DNA of 64,000 nucleotides from Candidatus Latescibacterota bacterium. GTDB lineage: Bacteria > Latescibacterota > UBA2968 > UBA8231. Every line of letters begins with the position of its first letter. Position 1 is the stretch's first letter. This document shows positions 8,242-17,157 of the stretch, piece by piece. The stretch spans positions 4,384,001-4,448,000 of the forward strand of contig CBDETY010000003.1 of NCBI GenBank assembly GCA_965243025.1, written 5' to 3'. The notes beneath the pieces are model-generated. The model was not told the DNA's origin. It searched no databases and was given only the letters and a program-made list of their open reading frames with translations. The position numbers and the translations under genes were made by a program.

Positions 8242-11200
8242 ATGAACATACTGCGGCTCCCCGGCCCGAACGCCTTGTCCGATTTTCGCCGGGAGGCGCT
8301 GCTGCAGCGCTGCCGGCAGGCCGAGCCCGCGGTCCGGGGGCTGGAGGCGCGCCATTTCTACCTCGTTCACTGGCAGGGCGGCGACCGCGACCGCTTGGAA
8401 GCCCTGGTCTTCGGCGACCCCGCCGGCCCGGGCCGCACCCCCACCGAGGACCCTGACATAAGCGCAGCCACCTCCATCTGCATCGCTCCCCGCCCCGGGA
8501 CCATCTCCCCCTGGTCGACCAAGGCGACCGACATCCTGCGCAACTGCGGCCTGGCCTCGGTCGCCCGCATCGAGCGGGGCACCGAGTACCGCATCCTCGG
8601 AGACGGCCCTTTCTCCCCCGCCTCCCTGCTGCCCCTGCTGCACGACCGCATGACCGAGGCGGTCCTGCATGACGACGCCTCCCTCTTCTCCGAGGTCGCT
8701 CCGCGGCCGCTGCAGCGGGTATCCCTCGCCGAAGGGCCCGCGGCCCTGGAGCGGGCCAACGGGGAGATGGGCCTCGCCCTGTCGGACGACGAGATCCGCT
8801 ACCTGTTCGACGCCTTCGCTGCGCTCCGGCGCGACCCGACCGACGTCGAGCTGGTGATGTTCGCCAACGTCAACTCCGAGCACTGCCGCCACAAGATCTT
8901 CAACGCCGGCTGGACCGTCGACGGCGCCCGGCGCGAGCGCTCCCTGTTCGCCATGATCCGCCACACCCACGCGCGCTGCCCGCAGGGGACGGTGAAGGCG
9001 TACGCCGACAACGCCGGCGTCATCGAGGGCTGGCAAACGCCCTCGTTCCGCCCGGGCTCGGAGGGCCCCTTCGCCTACGGGTACCGCGACCAGCTGAGCC
9101 ACATCCTCTGCAAGGTGGAGACCCACAACCACCCGACGGCGATCTCCCCCTTCCCCGGGGCCTCGACCGGGGTCGGGGGCGAGATCCGCGACGAGGGGGC
9201 GACCGGCATCGGCGGCCAGTCCCAGGCCGGGCTCTGCGCCTTCTACACCTCCCACCTGCGCATCCCGGGATTCGCGCAGCCCTGGGAGCGCGACTTCGCC
9301 GAGTTCCCCGAGCGCTTGGCGACGCCGCTGCAGATCATGACCGACGGCCCCCTCGGCGGCGCCGCCTTCGGCAACGAGTTCGGCCGCCCCAACATCCTCG
9401 GCCTTTTCCGCACCTTCGAGGAGACCGCGGCCGGCCGCTACCGCGGCTACCACAAGCCGATCATGGTGGCCGGCGGGGTCGGCCTGATCTCCGCCGGGCA
9501 GGTCGAGAAGAAGCAGCCGCAGCCGGGGGACCGGGTGGTGCAGCTCGGCGGGCCGGCGATGCTGATCGGCCTCGGCGGCGGCTACGCCTCGAGCATGGAC
9601 AGCGGCAGCAACCTCGCCGACCTCGACTTCGCCTCGGTGCAGCGGGACAACCCGGAGATGCAGCGCCGCTGCCAGGAGCTGATCAGCCGCTGCATCTCCC
9701 TGGGGGACGCCAACCCCATCGTCAGCATCCACGACGTCGGCGCCGGCGGGCTGTCGAACGCCTGCCCGGAGCTGGTCGAGGGGCAGGGGGCCCGCTTCGA
9801 CCTGCGGGCGATCCCCAACGACGACCCGGGGATGAGCCCGATGGAGATCTGGTGCAACGAGGCGCAGGAGCGCTACGTGCTGGTGGTGCGGGCCGCCGAC
9901 CTGGAGCGCTTCGAGCGCCTCGCCCGCCGCGAGCGCTGCCTCCATGCCGTCATCGGCGAGATCACCGGCGACGGCAACTTGTCCGTGTCCGACCCGCTGC
10001 TCGGGGGCAACCCGGTCGGGGAGATGCCGCTCGAGGTCATCCTCGGAAAGCCGCCGCGCATGCACCGCGACGTCAGCCGCGGCGCCGGCCGGCCTGAGCC
10101 CCTCGACCTTTCGGAGGTGACCATCGCCGAAGCAGTCGGCCGTCTGCTGCGCTTCCCCGCGGTCGCCGACAAGACCTTTCTCATTACGATCGCCGACCGC
10201 ACGGTCACCGGCCTGATCGCCCGCGACCAGATGGCCGGCCCCTGGCAGACGCCGATCTCCGACGTCGCGGTGACCGCGGCCTCGTTCCGCGACTTCCGCG
10301 GATCCGCCATGGCCATGGGAGAGCGCGCGCCGCTGGCGCTGATCGACCCGCCGGCTTCGGGGCGCATGGCGATCGCCGAGGCGGTCACCAACATCGCCGC
10401 GGCCCGGATCGGGCCCATCGAAAAGGTCAAGCTCTCCGCCAACTGGATGTGCGCCTGCGGCGAGGAGGGGGAGGACGCCGCCCTTTACGACACGGTCGAG
10501 GCGGTCGGCATGGAGTTCTGCCCGCGGCTCGGTGTCTCTATTCCGGTCGGCAAGGACTCCCTGTCGATGCGGGCGGCCTGGCGCGACAGCCGCGGCGCCG
10601 ACCACTCCATCGCCGCCCCCCTGAGCCTGGTGGTCTCGGCGTTCGCCCCGGTCGCCGACATCCGCGCAACGGTCACCCCGGACCTCAAGCCGGAGGCGGA
10701 CAGCCGCCTGCTGCTGATCGACCTCGGGCGCGGCCGCAACCGCCTCGGGGGCTCCTGCCTTGCCCAGGTCTACAGCCAGGTCGGGGACGAGGCCCCCGAC
10801 GTCGAGCCGGAGGACGTGCGCCGGCTGTTCGCCGCGGTGCAGGAGCTGATTGCCGAAGGGCTGCTGCTCGCATACCACGACCGCTCCGACGGCGGGCTGT
10901 TCGTCGCCGCGGCCGAGATGGCTTTCGGGGCCCGAACCGGGCTGGAGCTGACCCTCGACGGGCTCGGCGAGGACCCGCTGGCGGCGCTGTTCTCCGAGGA
11001 GATCGGGGCCCTGCTGCAGGTCCGCGGCGCCGATCTCGAGCGGGTACTGGCGGTGGTGGAAGCGAACGGGCTCGCGAACTGCACGCACGAGGTCGGCCGC
11101 CCGGACAGCGGGGGAGCCGGACCCCGGGACAGCGACGGACCCGGTCGGCCGGGCAGCAGCGGTTCGGGACCCCAGAACAGCTACGGACCCGCCCCGGAGA

Positions 11201-12597
11201 GCAGCGGCCCGGAACCTCGGAACGGCGGGGACACCCGCCCGGGCAGCGGAGAAACCCGCCCGGAAAAGAGCAGCACCAGCCGCCAGGACAGGGGGGACGC
11301 CGACCCGGGCAGGAGCAGCCCTGACATCGGCGGGGCCGGCCCGGACAGCGGGGGCGCCGGCCAGGACAGGGATGGCGCCGGCCTCCAGGGCAGCGACGAA
11401 CCCGCCCCGGAGAGCAGCGGCCCGGAACCTCGGAACGGCGGGGACACCGGCCCGGGCAGCGGAGAAACCCGCCCGGAAAAAAGCAGCACCAGCCGCCAGG
11501 ACAGCGGGGACGCCGACCCGGGCAGCAGCGGCCCCCTCAGCCCGGACAACGGCGGGGCCGGCGGCACCAACCGTCGCGAGATCGTCATCCTTCAAAACGG
11601 CGCCGAGCTCTTCCGGGAACCCACAGCCGAACTGAAAGCCGCCTGGTCCGAGCTGACCTTCCGCATGCAGGCCCTGCGCGACAACCCGGACTGCGCCGCA
11701 GAGGAGCGGGCCTTCAACGCCGACTTCTCCGACCCGGGGCCGCGCTACGCGGTCGCATTCGACCCCGCCTCGACGGCCCCGGACAAATCCGAAACCAGAC
11801 CACCCGGGACCGGCCTGACGGCTCCGCGCGCCGCCATCCTTCGCGAGCAGGGCATAAACGGCCAGGTCGAGATGGCCGCCGCCTTCGACGCGGCCGGGTT
11901 CGAGGCGGTCGACGTCACCATGACCGACCTGATCGACGGCCGCGCCGACCTCTCCGGGTTCCAAGCGCTGGCCGCCTGCGGGGGCTTCAGCTACGGCGAC
12001 GTGCTCGGAGCCGGCGCCGGGTGGGCGCGCTCGATCCTGTTCAACGAGCCGCTCCGCGACATGTTCGCCGCCTTCTTCGCGCGCCCCGGCACGGTGACCC
12101 TCGGGGTCTGCAACGGCTGCCAGATGCTCGCCCATCTCGCCGCGCTGATTCCCGGCAGCGAGGGCTGGCCGCGCTTCGCCCGCAACCGCAGCGAGCAGTT
12201 CGAGGCGCGCCAGGTCACGGTCGAGGTCGAGGCGACGCGGTCGGTGCTGCTTTCCGGCATGGAGGGGTCGCGGCTGCCGATCGCCGTCGCCCACGGCGAG
12301 GGCCGTGTCGAGTTCCCGGAGGGCGGTTTCGAGCGGCTGTCGGCGAACGATCAGCTCGGAATGCGCTACGTCGACAACCGCGGGCAGGCGGCGGACAGCT
12401 ACCCGTTCAACCCGAACGGCTCGACCGCGGGAGTGGCCGCGGCGACCAGCGACGACGGCCGCGTCACCATCATGATGCCGCACCCGGAGCGGGTCTTCCG
12501 CAACGTGCAGCTGTCCTACCGCCCCGGAGACTGGGACGCATCCGCCTTCAGCCCGTGGATCGAGCTGTTCCGCGGGGCGTATCGTTTCGTGAAGTAA
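8242..12597 (+). CDS. purL: Phosphoribosylformylglycinamidine synthase, large single-chain form, with a ~155-aa low-complexity insertion
   Basis: NSEHCRHKIFN, KVETHNHPTAISPFPGA, IPVGKDSLSM, GGFSYGD, GVCNGCQ, MMPHPER. Confidence 0.97.
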   Translation: MNILRLPGPNALSDFRREALLQRCRQAEPAVRGLEARHFYLVHWQGGDRDRLEALVFGDPAGPGRTPTEDPDISAATSICIAPRPGTISPWSTKATDILRNCGLASVARIERGTEYRILGDGPFSPASLLPLLHDRMTEAVLHDDASLFSEVAPRPLQRVSLAEGPAALERANGEMGLALSDDEIRYLFDAFAALRRDPTDVELVMFANVNSEHCRHKIFNAGWTVDGARRERSLFAMIRHTHARCPQGTVKAYADNAGVIEGWQTPSFRPGSEGPFAYGYRDQLSHILCKVETHNHPTAISPFPGASTGVGGEIRDEGATGIGGQSQAGLCAFYTSHLRIPGFAQPWERDFAEFPERLATPLQIMTDGPLGGAAFGNEFGRPNILGLFRTFEETAAGRYRGYHKPIMVAGGVGLISAGQVEKKQPQPGDRVVQLGGPAMLIGLGGGYASSMDSGSNLADLDFASVQRDNPEMQRRCQELISRCISLGDANPIVSIHDVGAGGLSNACPELVEGQGARFDLRAIPNDDPGMSPMEIWCNEAQERYVLVVRAADLERFERLARRERCLHAVIGEITGDGNLSVSDPLLGGNPVGEMPLEVILGKPPRMHRDVSRGAGRPEPLDLSEVTIAEAVGRLLRFPAVADKTFLITIADRTVTGLIARDQMAGPWQTPISDVAVTAASFRDFRGSAMAMGERAPLALIDPPASGRMAIAEAVTNIAAARIGPIEKVKLSANWMCACGEEGEDAALYDTVEAVGMEFCPRLGVSIPVGKDSLSMRAAWRDSRGADHSIAAPLSLVVSAFAPVADIRATVTPDLKPEADSRLLLIDLGRGRNRLGGSCLAQVYSQVGDEAPDVEPEDVRRLFAAVQELIAEGLLLAYHDRSDGGLFVAAAEMAFGARTGLELTLDGLGEDPLAALFSEEIGALLQVRGADLERVLAVVEANGLANCTHEVGRPDSGGAGPRDSDGPGRPGSSGSGPQNSYGPAPESSGPEPRNGGDTRPGSGETRPEKSSTSRQDRGDADPGRSSPDIGGAGPDSGGAGQDRDGAGLQGSDEPAPESSGPEPRNGGDTGPGSGETRPEKSSTSRQDSGDADPGSSGPLSPDNGGAGGTNRREIVILQNGAELFREPTAELKAAWSELTFRMQALRDNPDCAAEERAFNADFSDPGPRYAVAFDPASTAPDKSETRPPGTGLTAPRAAILREQGINGQVEMAAAFDAAGFEAVDVTMTDLIDGRADLSGFQALAACGGFSYGDVLGAGAGWARSILFNEPLRDMFAAFFARPGTVTLGVCNGCQMLAHLAALIPGSEGWPRFARNRSEQFEARQVTVEVEATRSVLLSGMEGSRLPIAVAHGEGRVEFPEGGFERLSANDQLGMRYVDNRGQAADSYPFNPNGSTAGVAAATSDDGRVTIMMPHPERVFRNVQLSYRPGDWDASAFSPWIELFRGAYRFVK
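11101..11565 (+). repeat. In-frame degenerate ~21-24-bp tandem repeat in purL, including a ~125-bp direct repeat (11188-11312 / 11401-11525)
   Basis: PDSGGAG-like units; PAPESSGPEPRNGGDTxPGSGETRPEKSSTSRQDxGDADPG occurs twice, 213 bp apart. Confidence 0.9.
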
Positions 12598-12841
12598 TTG
12601 GATTGTCCGGCGCCTTCCGGGACGCCGGATTTACAGTGCCTGCGCGCGCAGGTCCCGCTTGAATTCGGCCGCCGCTGCATTCGGTTCGCGGCGTTGCCCT
12701 CGCGCAGGCTTACCCGGCAGAATCCCGGCCTCTGTAGCATCGGCGAAAGAACGCCGTTGGTCCTTTCCTTCGTTCGTGGCCTTACTTAATCGCGCGCAGG
12801 CACTGACGCCGCGCGCGGCGCCGGGCGTGAAAGGAGTCGTT

Positions 12842-13579
12842 ATGACCGACGGACAGCAGATCGACATGACCCCGCTCGACTACGGGCGCTCGTTCCTGAT
12901 CGGGAAGGGGGCCGCCAACGAGGTGCGCTTCTGGATCGAGTCGCGCACCCGCATCCTCGACGACCGCGAGGGGGTCTGCGAGGATTTCTACCAGACCGCC
13001 TCCTGCAAGAGCGAGAACACCTTCGACGAGAAGGACCTGTTCCAGGCGGACAACTACGACTTCCTGCCGATCTTCAGCGCCCGCCACGGCCTGATTTTCC
13101 GGCGCCACGCCTACCTCAGCGACCGCTACCGGGACACGCGGCCGTACGAGGAGATGTTCGGCGGCTACGACCTGCACCTGGTGGAAGGGTCCGCGGTGCG
13201 CGAGCTGCCCTCGAACGCCGCGGTCCGCGAGGAGACCTACCGCTTCGCGCCGCTGGTCTCGCAGACCGAAATCGGCGACGACGGCACCGGGCTGCGGGCC
13301 CTGATCGAGTGCCCGGTGAAGACGATGAACACGCGCCGCGAGGACGACATCTACCAGGTCGACACCGGTCCGCTCGCCTTCCCCGACCTGTCTGAGCGGC
13401 CGGAGCGGCTCGTCGACTGCCTGGCGCTCGCTTTCGTCGCCTTCAACGCCCCCCACTTCGCCGACTTCGTGATCGAGGCGCCGACGGCGATCGACGCCGG
13501 GCACCCGGACCTGCAGGTGCGGCATTACTCGAAGATCGTCAGCCTGCCGGCGCGCAACCGGCTGTTCGCGGTCGAGTAG
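12842..13579 (+). CDS. Hypothetical protein
   Basis: AAGGAG RBS then MTDGQQIDM; strong GC3 codon bias; no family recognised. Confidence 0.75.
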   Translation: MTDGQQIDMTPLDYGRSFLIGKGAANEVRFWIESRTRILDDREGVCEDFYQTASCKSENTFDEKDLFQADNYDFLPIFSARHGLIFRRHAYLSDRYRDTRPYEEMFGGYDLHLVEGSAVRELPSNAAVREETYRFAPLVSQTEIGDDGTGLRALIECPVKTMNTRREDDIYQVDTGPLAFPDLSERPERLVDCLALAFVAFNAPHFADFVIEAPTAIDAGHPDLQVRHYSKIVSLPARNRLFAVE

Positions 13580-13584
13580 GGGTT

Positions 13585-13741
13585 TCAGCGGACCGGTCAG
13601 GCCTTCAGCGGCCCCGGCCGAGGGGCTCAGCGAATTCGGTCAGGTCCCTGACAATCCCGGCCCTGGGTATGGGCCTGCGGTTTGTCAGGGGGCCAAGCGC
13701 CCGGGAAGGCCCCCAGCGGTCAGGCTCTCAGCGGTCCGGCC
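13585..13741. repeat. Degenerate ~20-22-bp tandem repeats between convergent genes
   Basis: TCAGCGGACCGGTC (13585), TCAGCGGCCCCGGCC (13605), TCAGCGAATTCGGTC (13627), TCAGCGGTCCGGCC (13728, the amidohydrolase 3' end). Confidence 0.55.
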
Positions 13742-14555
13742 ACTCGTAGGCGGCCCTGGCGTTCTTCCAGAAGAACTTCTCCGCCGCCTCGGCCCCCTTC
13801 CCGTCGAAGTATTCCCGCACGATGCCGAAGCAGGTGGCGTAGGTCGCCGCGCGCTCGCACACCGGCCAGTTGCTGCCGAAGAACAGACGCTCCTCGCCGA
13901 AGGCGTTCCACATCGCATCGAGGGCCGGCCGGTAGTAGTCGACGTCGCCGGGGGCGGGCTGCTCGGTGCTGTTTTCCGTATACGCCGACACCTTCATGTA
14001 GACGTTGGAGTTGGCGCCCGCGGCCTGGATGAAGGCGACCCAGTCCGGGTCGGGCGGCCCGCCGTCGATGGGAACGCTGGCGACGTGCTCGATCACCAGG
14101 GTGAGGTCCGGCAGCTCGCGGGCGAGCCGCAGCATGCCGGCGCGCGCCTCGGCGTCACCCGGCATGCAGTCGAGGACGAGGTTCTTCTCCGCCAGCAGCT
14201 TCGTCTCGTCGAGGAAGCCGCCGTCGAGGTCCCCCCAGGCGCGGATGCCGCGGAAGACGGGATGGGCGGAGAAGCGCTCCACCTGTCCGGCGAACTGGGG
14301 GGTGCCGCTTTCCAGCCTCCCCACGTAGCCGACGATGACGGGGTCGCGGTCGGCCATGTCGAGAATCCACTGGTTGTCCTCGACCGTGCAGGCCGCCTCG
14401 ACCACCACGGTCCCGGTCACCCCGTGCGGAGAGGCTTCCGCCACGAAGTGCTCGGGCAGCACGGTGCGGTAGAGGAGCTTGTTGTCCGGGGGCGGCCAGG
14501 GAACGCCTTCGGGCCGGGTGGGATCGTAGAAGTGGGTGTGGGTGTCGATGATCAT
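13728..14555 (-). CDS. Amidohydrolase family protein (Amidohydro_2, lactonase-like)
   Basis: IIDTHTHF, VIEH, MKVS, FGSNWPV motifs. Confidence 0.88.
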   Translation of the reverse strand: MIIDTHTHFYDPTRPEGVPWPPPDNKLLYRTVLPEHFVAEASPHGVTGTVVVEAACTVEDNQWILDMADRDPVIVGYVGRLESGTPQFAGQVERFSAHPVFRGIRAWGDLDGGFLDETKLLAEKNLVLDCMPGDAEARAGMLRLARELPDLTLVIEHVASVPIDGGPPDPDWVAFIQAAGANSNVYMKVSAYTENSTEQPAPGDVDYYRPALDAMWNAFGEERLFFGSNWPVCERAATYATCFGIVREYFDGKGAEAAEKFFWKNARAAYEWPDR

Positions 14556-14660
14556 GGAGGTCTCCGTTCAGGTGGTGAGTCGCTGCCGCGAAGATAGGGC
14601 GCCTCCAACCGGTCCGCAGGTGTGGAGGCTCTGCGGGCTCCAGCGGCCCCGGCCGGTTCG

Positions 14661-15452
14661 TTATGCGAGGGCTTCCCGGACCACCTGCCCGGCCCAGTCC
14701 TCCGCCGGCGCCACTTCGAGCAGGGCGGCAATGGTCGCCGGGTTGTCGATGATGCTCACCGGCTCCCGCAGGCTGCGTCCGGGGGACACCCCAGGACCGG
14801 CGATCACCCAGGGAATGGTCATGTCCTCGTCCATCTCGGTGCCGTGGGTGCGCTCGTGCCCCCCGTGGTCGCTGGTGACGATGACCGCGGTCTCTTCCAG
14901 GTCGACCGCCTCCAGCACCGCGCCGATGGCCTCGTCCGCCCGCCCGATGGCGGCGAGGTATTCGGCCGACATCCAGCCGTGGCCGTGCCCTGCTATATCG
15001 GTGCAGCCGAGGTAGACGAAGGCGAAGTCGGGCGTCCATTCCCGCAGCGTCGCCGCGGCCAGGCCGGCCAACTCCCGGTCGCCCTCCGGCTCGCGGGTAT
15101 TGTTCATGAAGCAGGAGCGATCCAGCGAGCCCGGGTCGGCCAGGTCGCGCAGCTGTTCCCAGTTGTAGAAGAAGGCGGTGCGCTTCCCTGCCCGGTGCAG
15201 CACGTCGACCAAGCTGGGCACCGGTCTGACCTGGGGGACCCAGGTGTTGGTGGTGATGCCGTGCCGTTCCGGGGTCACGCCGCGAAACATCGAGGTGTGG
15301 CATGGCAGGGTTGCCGAGGGCATCACGGTGCGGGCCGTCCAGGTGCAGGCGCCCCGGCTGATCAGGCGGTCGACGCAGGGGGTGGATGCCTGCTGCAAGC
15401 CGTCGGGCCGCAGTCCGTCGAGGACGAAGAGGATGACGCGTTGTGGGGGCAT
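14661..15452 (-). CDS. Alkaline phosphatase superfamily / type I phosphodiesterase-like protein
   Basis: LDGLRPD, SATLPCHTS (Thr nucleophile), DIAGHGHGW, TSDHGG. Confidence 0.85.
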   Translation of the reverse strand: MPPQRVILFVLDGLRPDGLQQASTPCVDRLISRGACTWTARTVMPSATLPCHTSMFRGVTPERHGITTNTWVPQVRPVPSLVDVLHRAGKRTAFFYNWEQLRDLADPGSLDRSCFMNNTREPEGDRELAGLAAATLREWTPDFAFVYLGCTDIAGHGHGWMSAEYLAAIGRADEAIGAVLEAVDLEETAVIVTSDHGGHERTHGTEMDEDMTIPWVIAGPGVSPGRSLREPVSIIDNPATIAALLEVAPAEDWAGQVVREALA

Positions 15453-15580
15453 GGGATCCTGGGCTCATGAGGAAGGAATACGGCAGTTTCCAGCTTGGCA
15501 TGCTCACGGCATCGGGTGCATGCGCGAACTTCGTGCGCTCTCCGCAGTTGTCAACCGGCCTGCTCCGCCGACTCTGCACC

Positions 15581-16306
15581 CTAATCCCAGCTCGGGATCG
15601 GGGTCTGCAGCGGATCGTCGATCCAGAGAAAGCGCCCGTTGACGTCGCTCTCGACGATGTCGATCACGAGCCTGGCCGCCTTCTCCGGCGGATCCCCTCC
15701 CGTTTGCTCCACCCACTCCACCCAGTCGTGGTAGCCGCTCTCGCTGACGGTGCCCATCTTGTCGCGGATATCCGCCCACATCGAGGTCTTGACGTCGCCG
15801 GGATGGATGACGTTCGCCGTGACGCCCGTCCCCTCCAGTTCGGCCGCAAGGTGCCGGGTGAACTGGTTGAGAGCGACCTTCGCCGTGCCGTAGGCGCTGT
15901 TCAGCCGTCCGGGCGTGTGCAGCGACGCCGCGGACGAAAGGTTCACGATCCGGCCCCAGCCTGCGTCCAGCATACCGCCGAGGAACGCGCGGGACACGAG
16001 ATAGGGCCCCACCGCATCAATCATGAGCGTTTCGACCCATTCTTCGGGGTCGCTGTCCTGTACGAGGGCGATCGGGCCGAAGACCCCGGCGGCATTGACG
16101 AGAACGGTGGGCCGGCCGAGCTCGGCTTCGACCGCGGTTTTGAGGCGGTCGACATCGGCCGGGTTCGAGACATCCGCGGTGAATCGCGCCAAGCGGCGCG
16201 CGACGGTTGCGACGGCGAGGCCGCGCGCCTCCAGCGCATCTGCGATTGCCTGTCCGACGCCGCGGCTGGCTCCAGTGACGACTGCGACGTGTCCTTCGAG
16301 GTTCAT
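15581..16306 (-). CDS. SDR family oxidoreductase
   Basis: TGASRGVG, LVNAAG, YGTAK catalytic motif. Confidence 0.9.
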   Translation of the reverse strand: MNLEGHVAVVTGASRGVGQAIADALEARGLAVATVARRLARFTADVSNPADVDRLKTAVEAELGRPTVLVNAAGVFGPIALVQDSDPEEWVETLMIDAVGPYLVSRAFLGGMLDAGWGRIVNLSSAASLHTPGRLNSAYGTAKVALNQFTRHLAAELEGTGVTANVIHPGDVKTSMWADIRDKMGTVSESGYHDWVEWVEQTGGDPPEKAARLVIDIVESDVNGRFLWIDDPLQTPIPSWD

Positions 16307-16381
16307 GTTCTGGTCTCGGCTGTCACCATGCGATTGGGCATTTGATTGTCTGATTTCAAGCGGCCCCCCTCCTTCATGAAT

Positions 16382-16412
16382 AAAAAGGAAAGCCTCTCAC
16401 AGCAGGCTTTCC
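16382..16412 (-). terminator. Rho-independent terminator-like hairpin
   Basis: Minus strand GGAAAGCCT-gctgtgag-AGGCTTTCC followed by TTTTT. Confidence 0.6.
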
Positions 16413-17000
16413 GCTTCAGGGCGGGTTCATCAAAGTAAAGTCCCACCTTCACCGTCCTGCCCCCGCTTCCCACATCATACACACCATAGCCTTTTCTCCG
16501 GTCGGCCGCACTGCCCGGGCGTTGGGCGGTGAGGAACAGTCGCGGCCTGCAGGGGGGTGTATCAACCCCGAAGCAGGTGAACGCCAGGCTTGAATTGGCA
16601 GTGGAAGGAATTTTGAGCCCCCAAAGGCGTGCATGTGGCTGTCCCGCCGTGGATTGGCCCTCGAAAAGTATCACCGAAATGTCACGGATAGGGGATTGTT
16701 TGTCACCGACAAATTCCTTTCTAATGCAAGCAAAACCTAAACCGGAGTTCTGAATTTCCAAAATAATCCTGCCGATTCAGGAACCGGATCCCCGGTCGCC
16801 GGACGACCCTGGAGGAATCCCTGGCCTTTTGGTGGTCAAAGTGTCGAAAGACACGTATCGCGAGTAGGTGTCGTGTGGGAACGATCGAGACCCTTGGCAC
16901 CCCTTCCCGACATCGGCCTAACGGCGTCAATGTGGGGGTTCCTGATCAAGGTTACCGGATTGGAGACAGCACTTTACGCGGACACACCACATTCAGGGAC

Positions 17001-17045
17001 GGTGAGGGCGGCCACGATCCGCAGGCGCCCGCCACAGGCCGGGCA
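17001..17045 (-). mobile_element. Short remnant resembling an IS91/ISCR-family transposase C-terminus (copy A)
   Basis: Minus-strand translation CPACGGRLRIVAALT. Confidence 0.45.
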
Positions 17046-17157
17046 GCCGCTGGGGGAAGAAGGAGCGGTGGGGTTTCGTCCCGGCAGCACAGTCGAGATC
17101 GGCGCCAACGGCCGGTGGATGGACTTCAAACCAATCTATAAAAAGGGAGCATGTGTT

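Noticed and set aside
11101-11565. Intein in PurL
   Set aside because: No N-terminal Cys/Ser block, no HN C-terminus and no endonuclease; low-complexity repeats only.
8233-12483. 1416-aa antisense ORF over purL, and many other long overlapping ORFs (e.g. 39187-41574, 47148-49133, 25195-26808)
   Set aside because: Typical stop-poor shadow frames of GC-rich coding DNA; Arg/Ala/Gly/Pro-rich with no motifs.
16303-16761. ORF with YGVYDV resembling ISAzo13-type transposase
   Set aside because: Only a 6-residue match with no other DDE motifs; likely chance.
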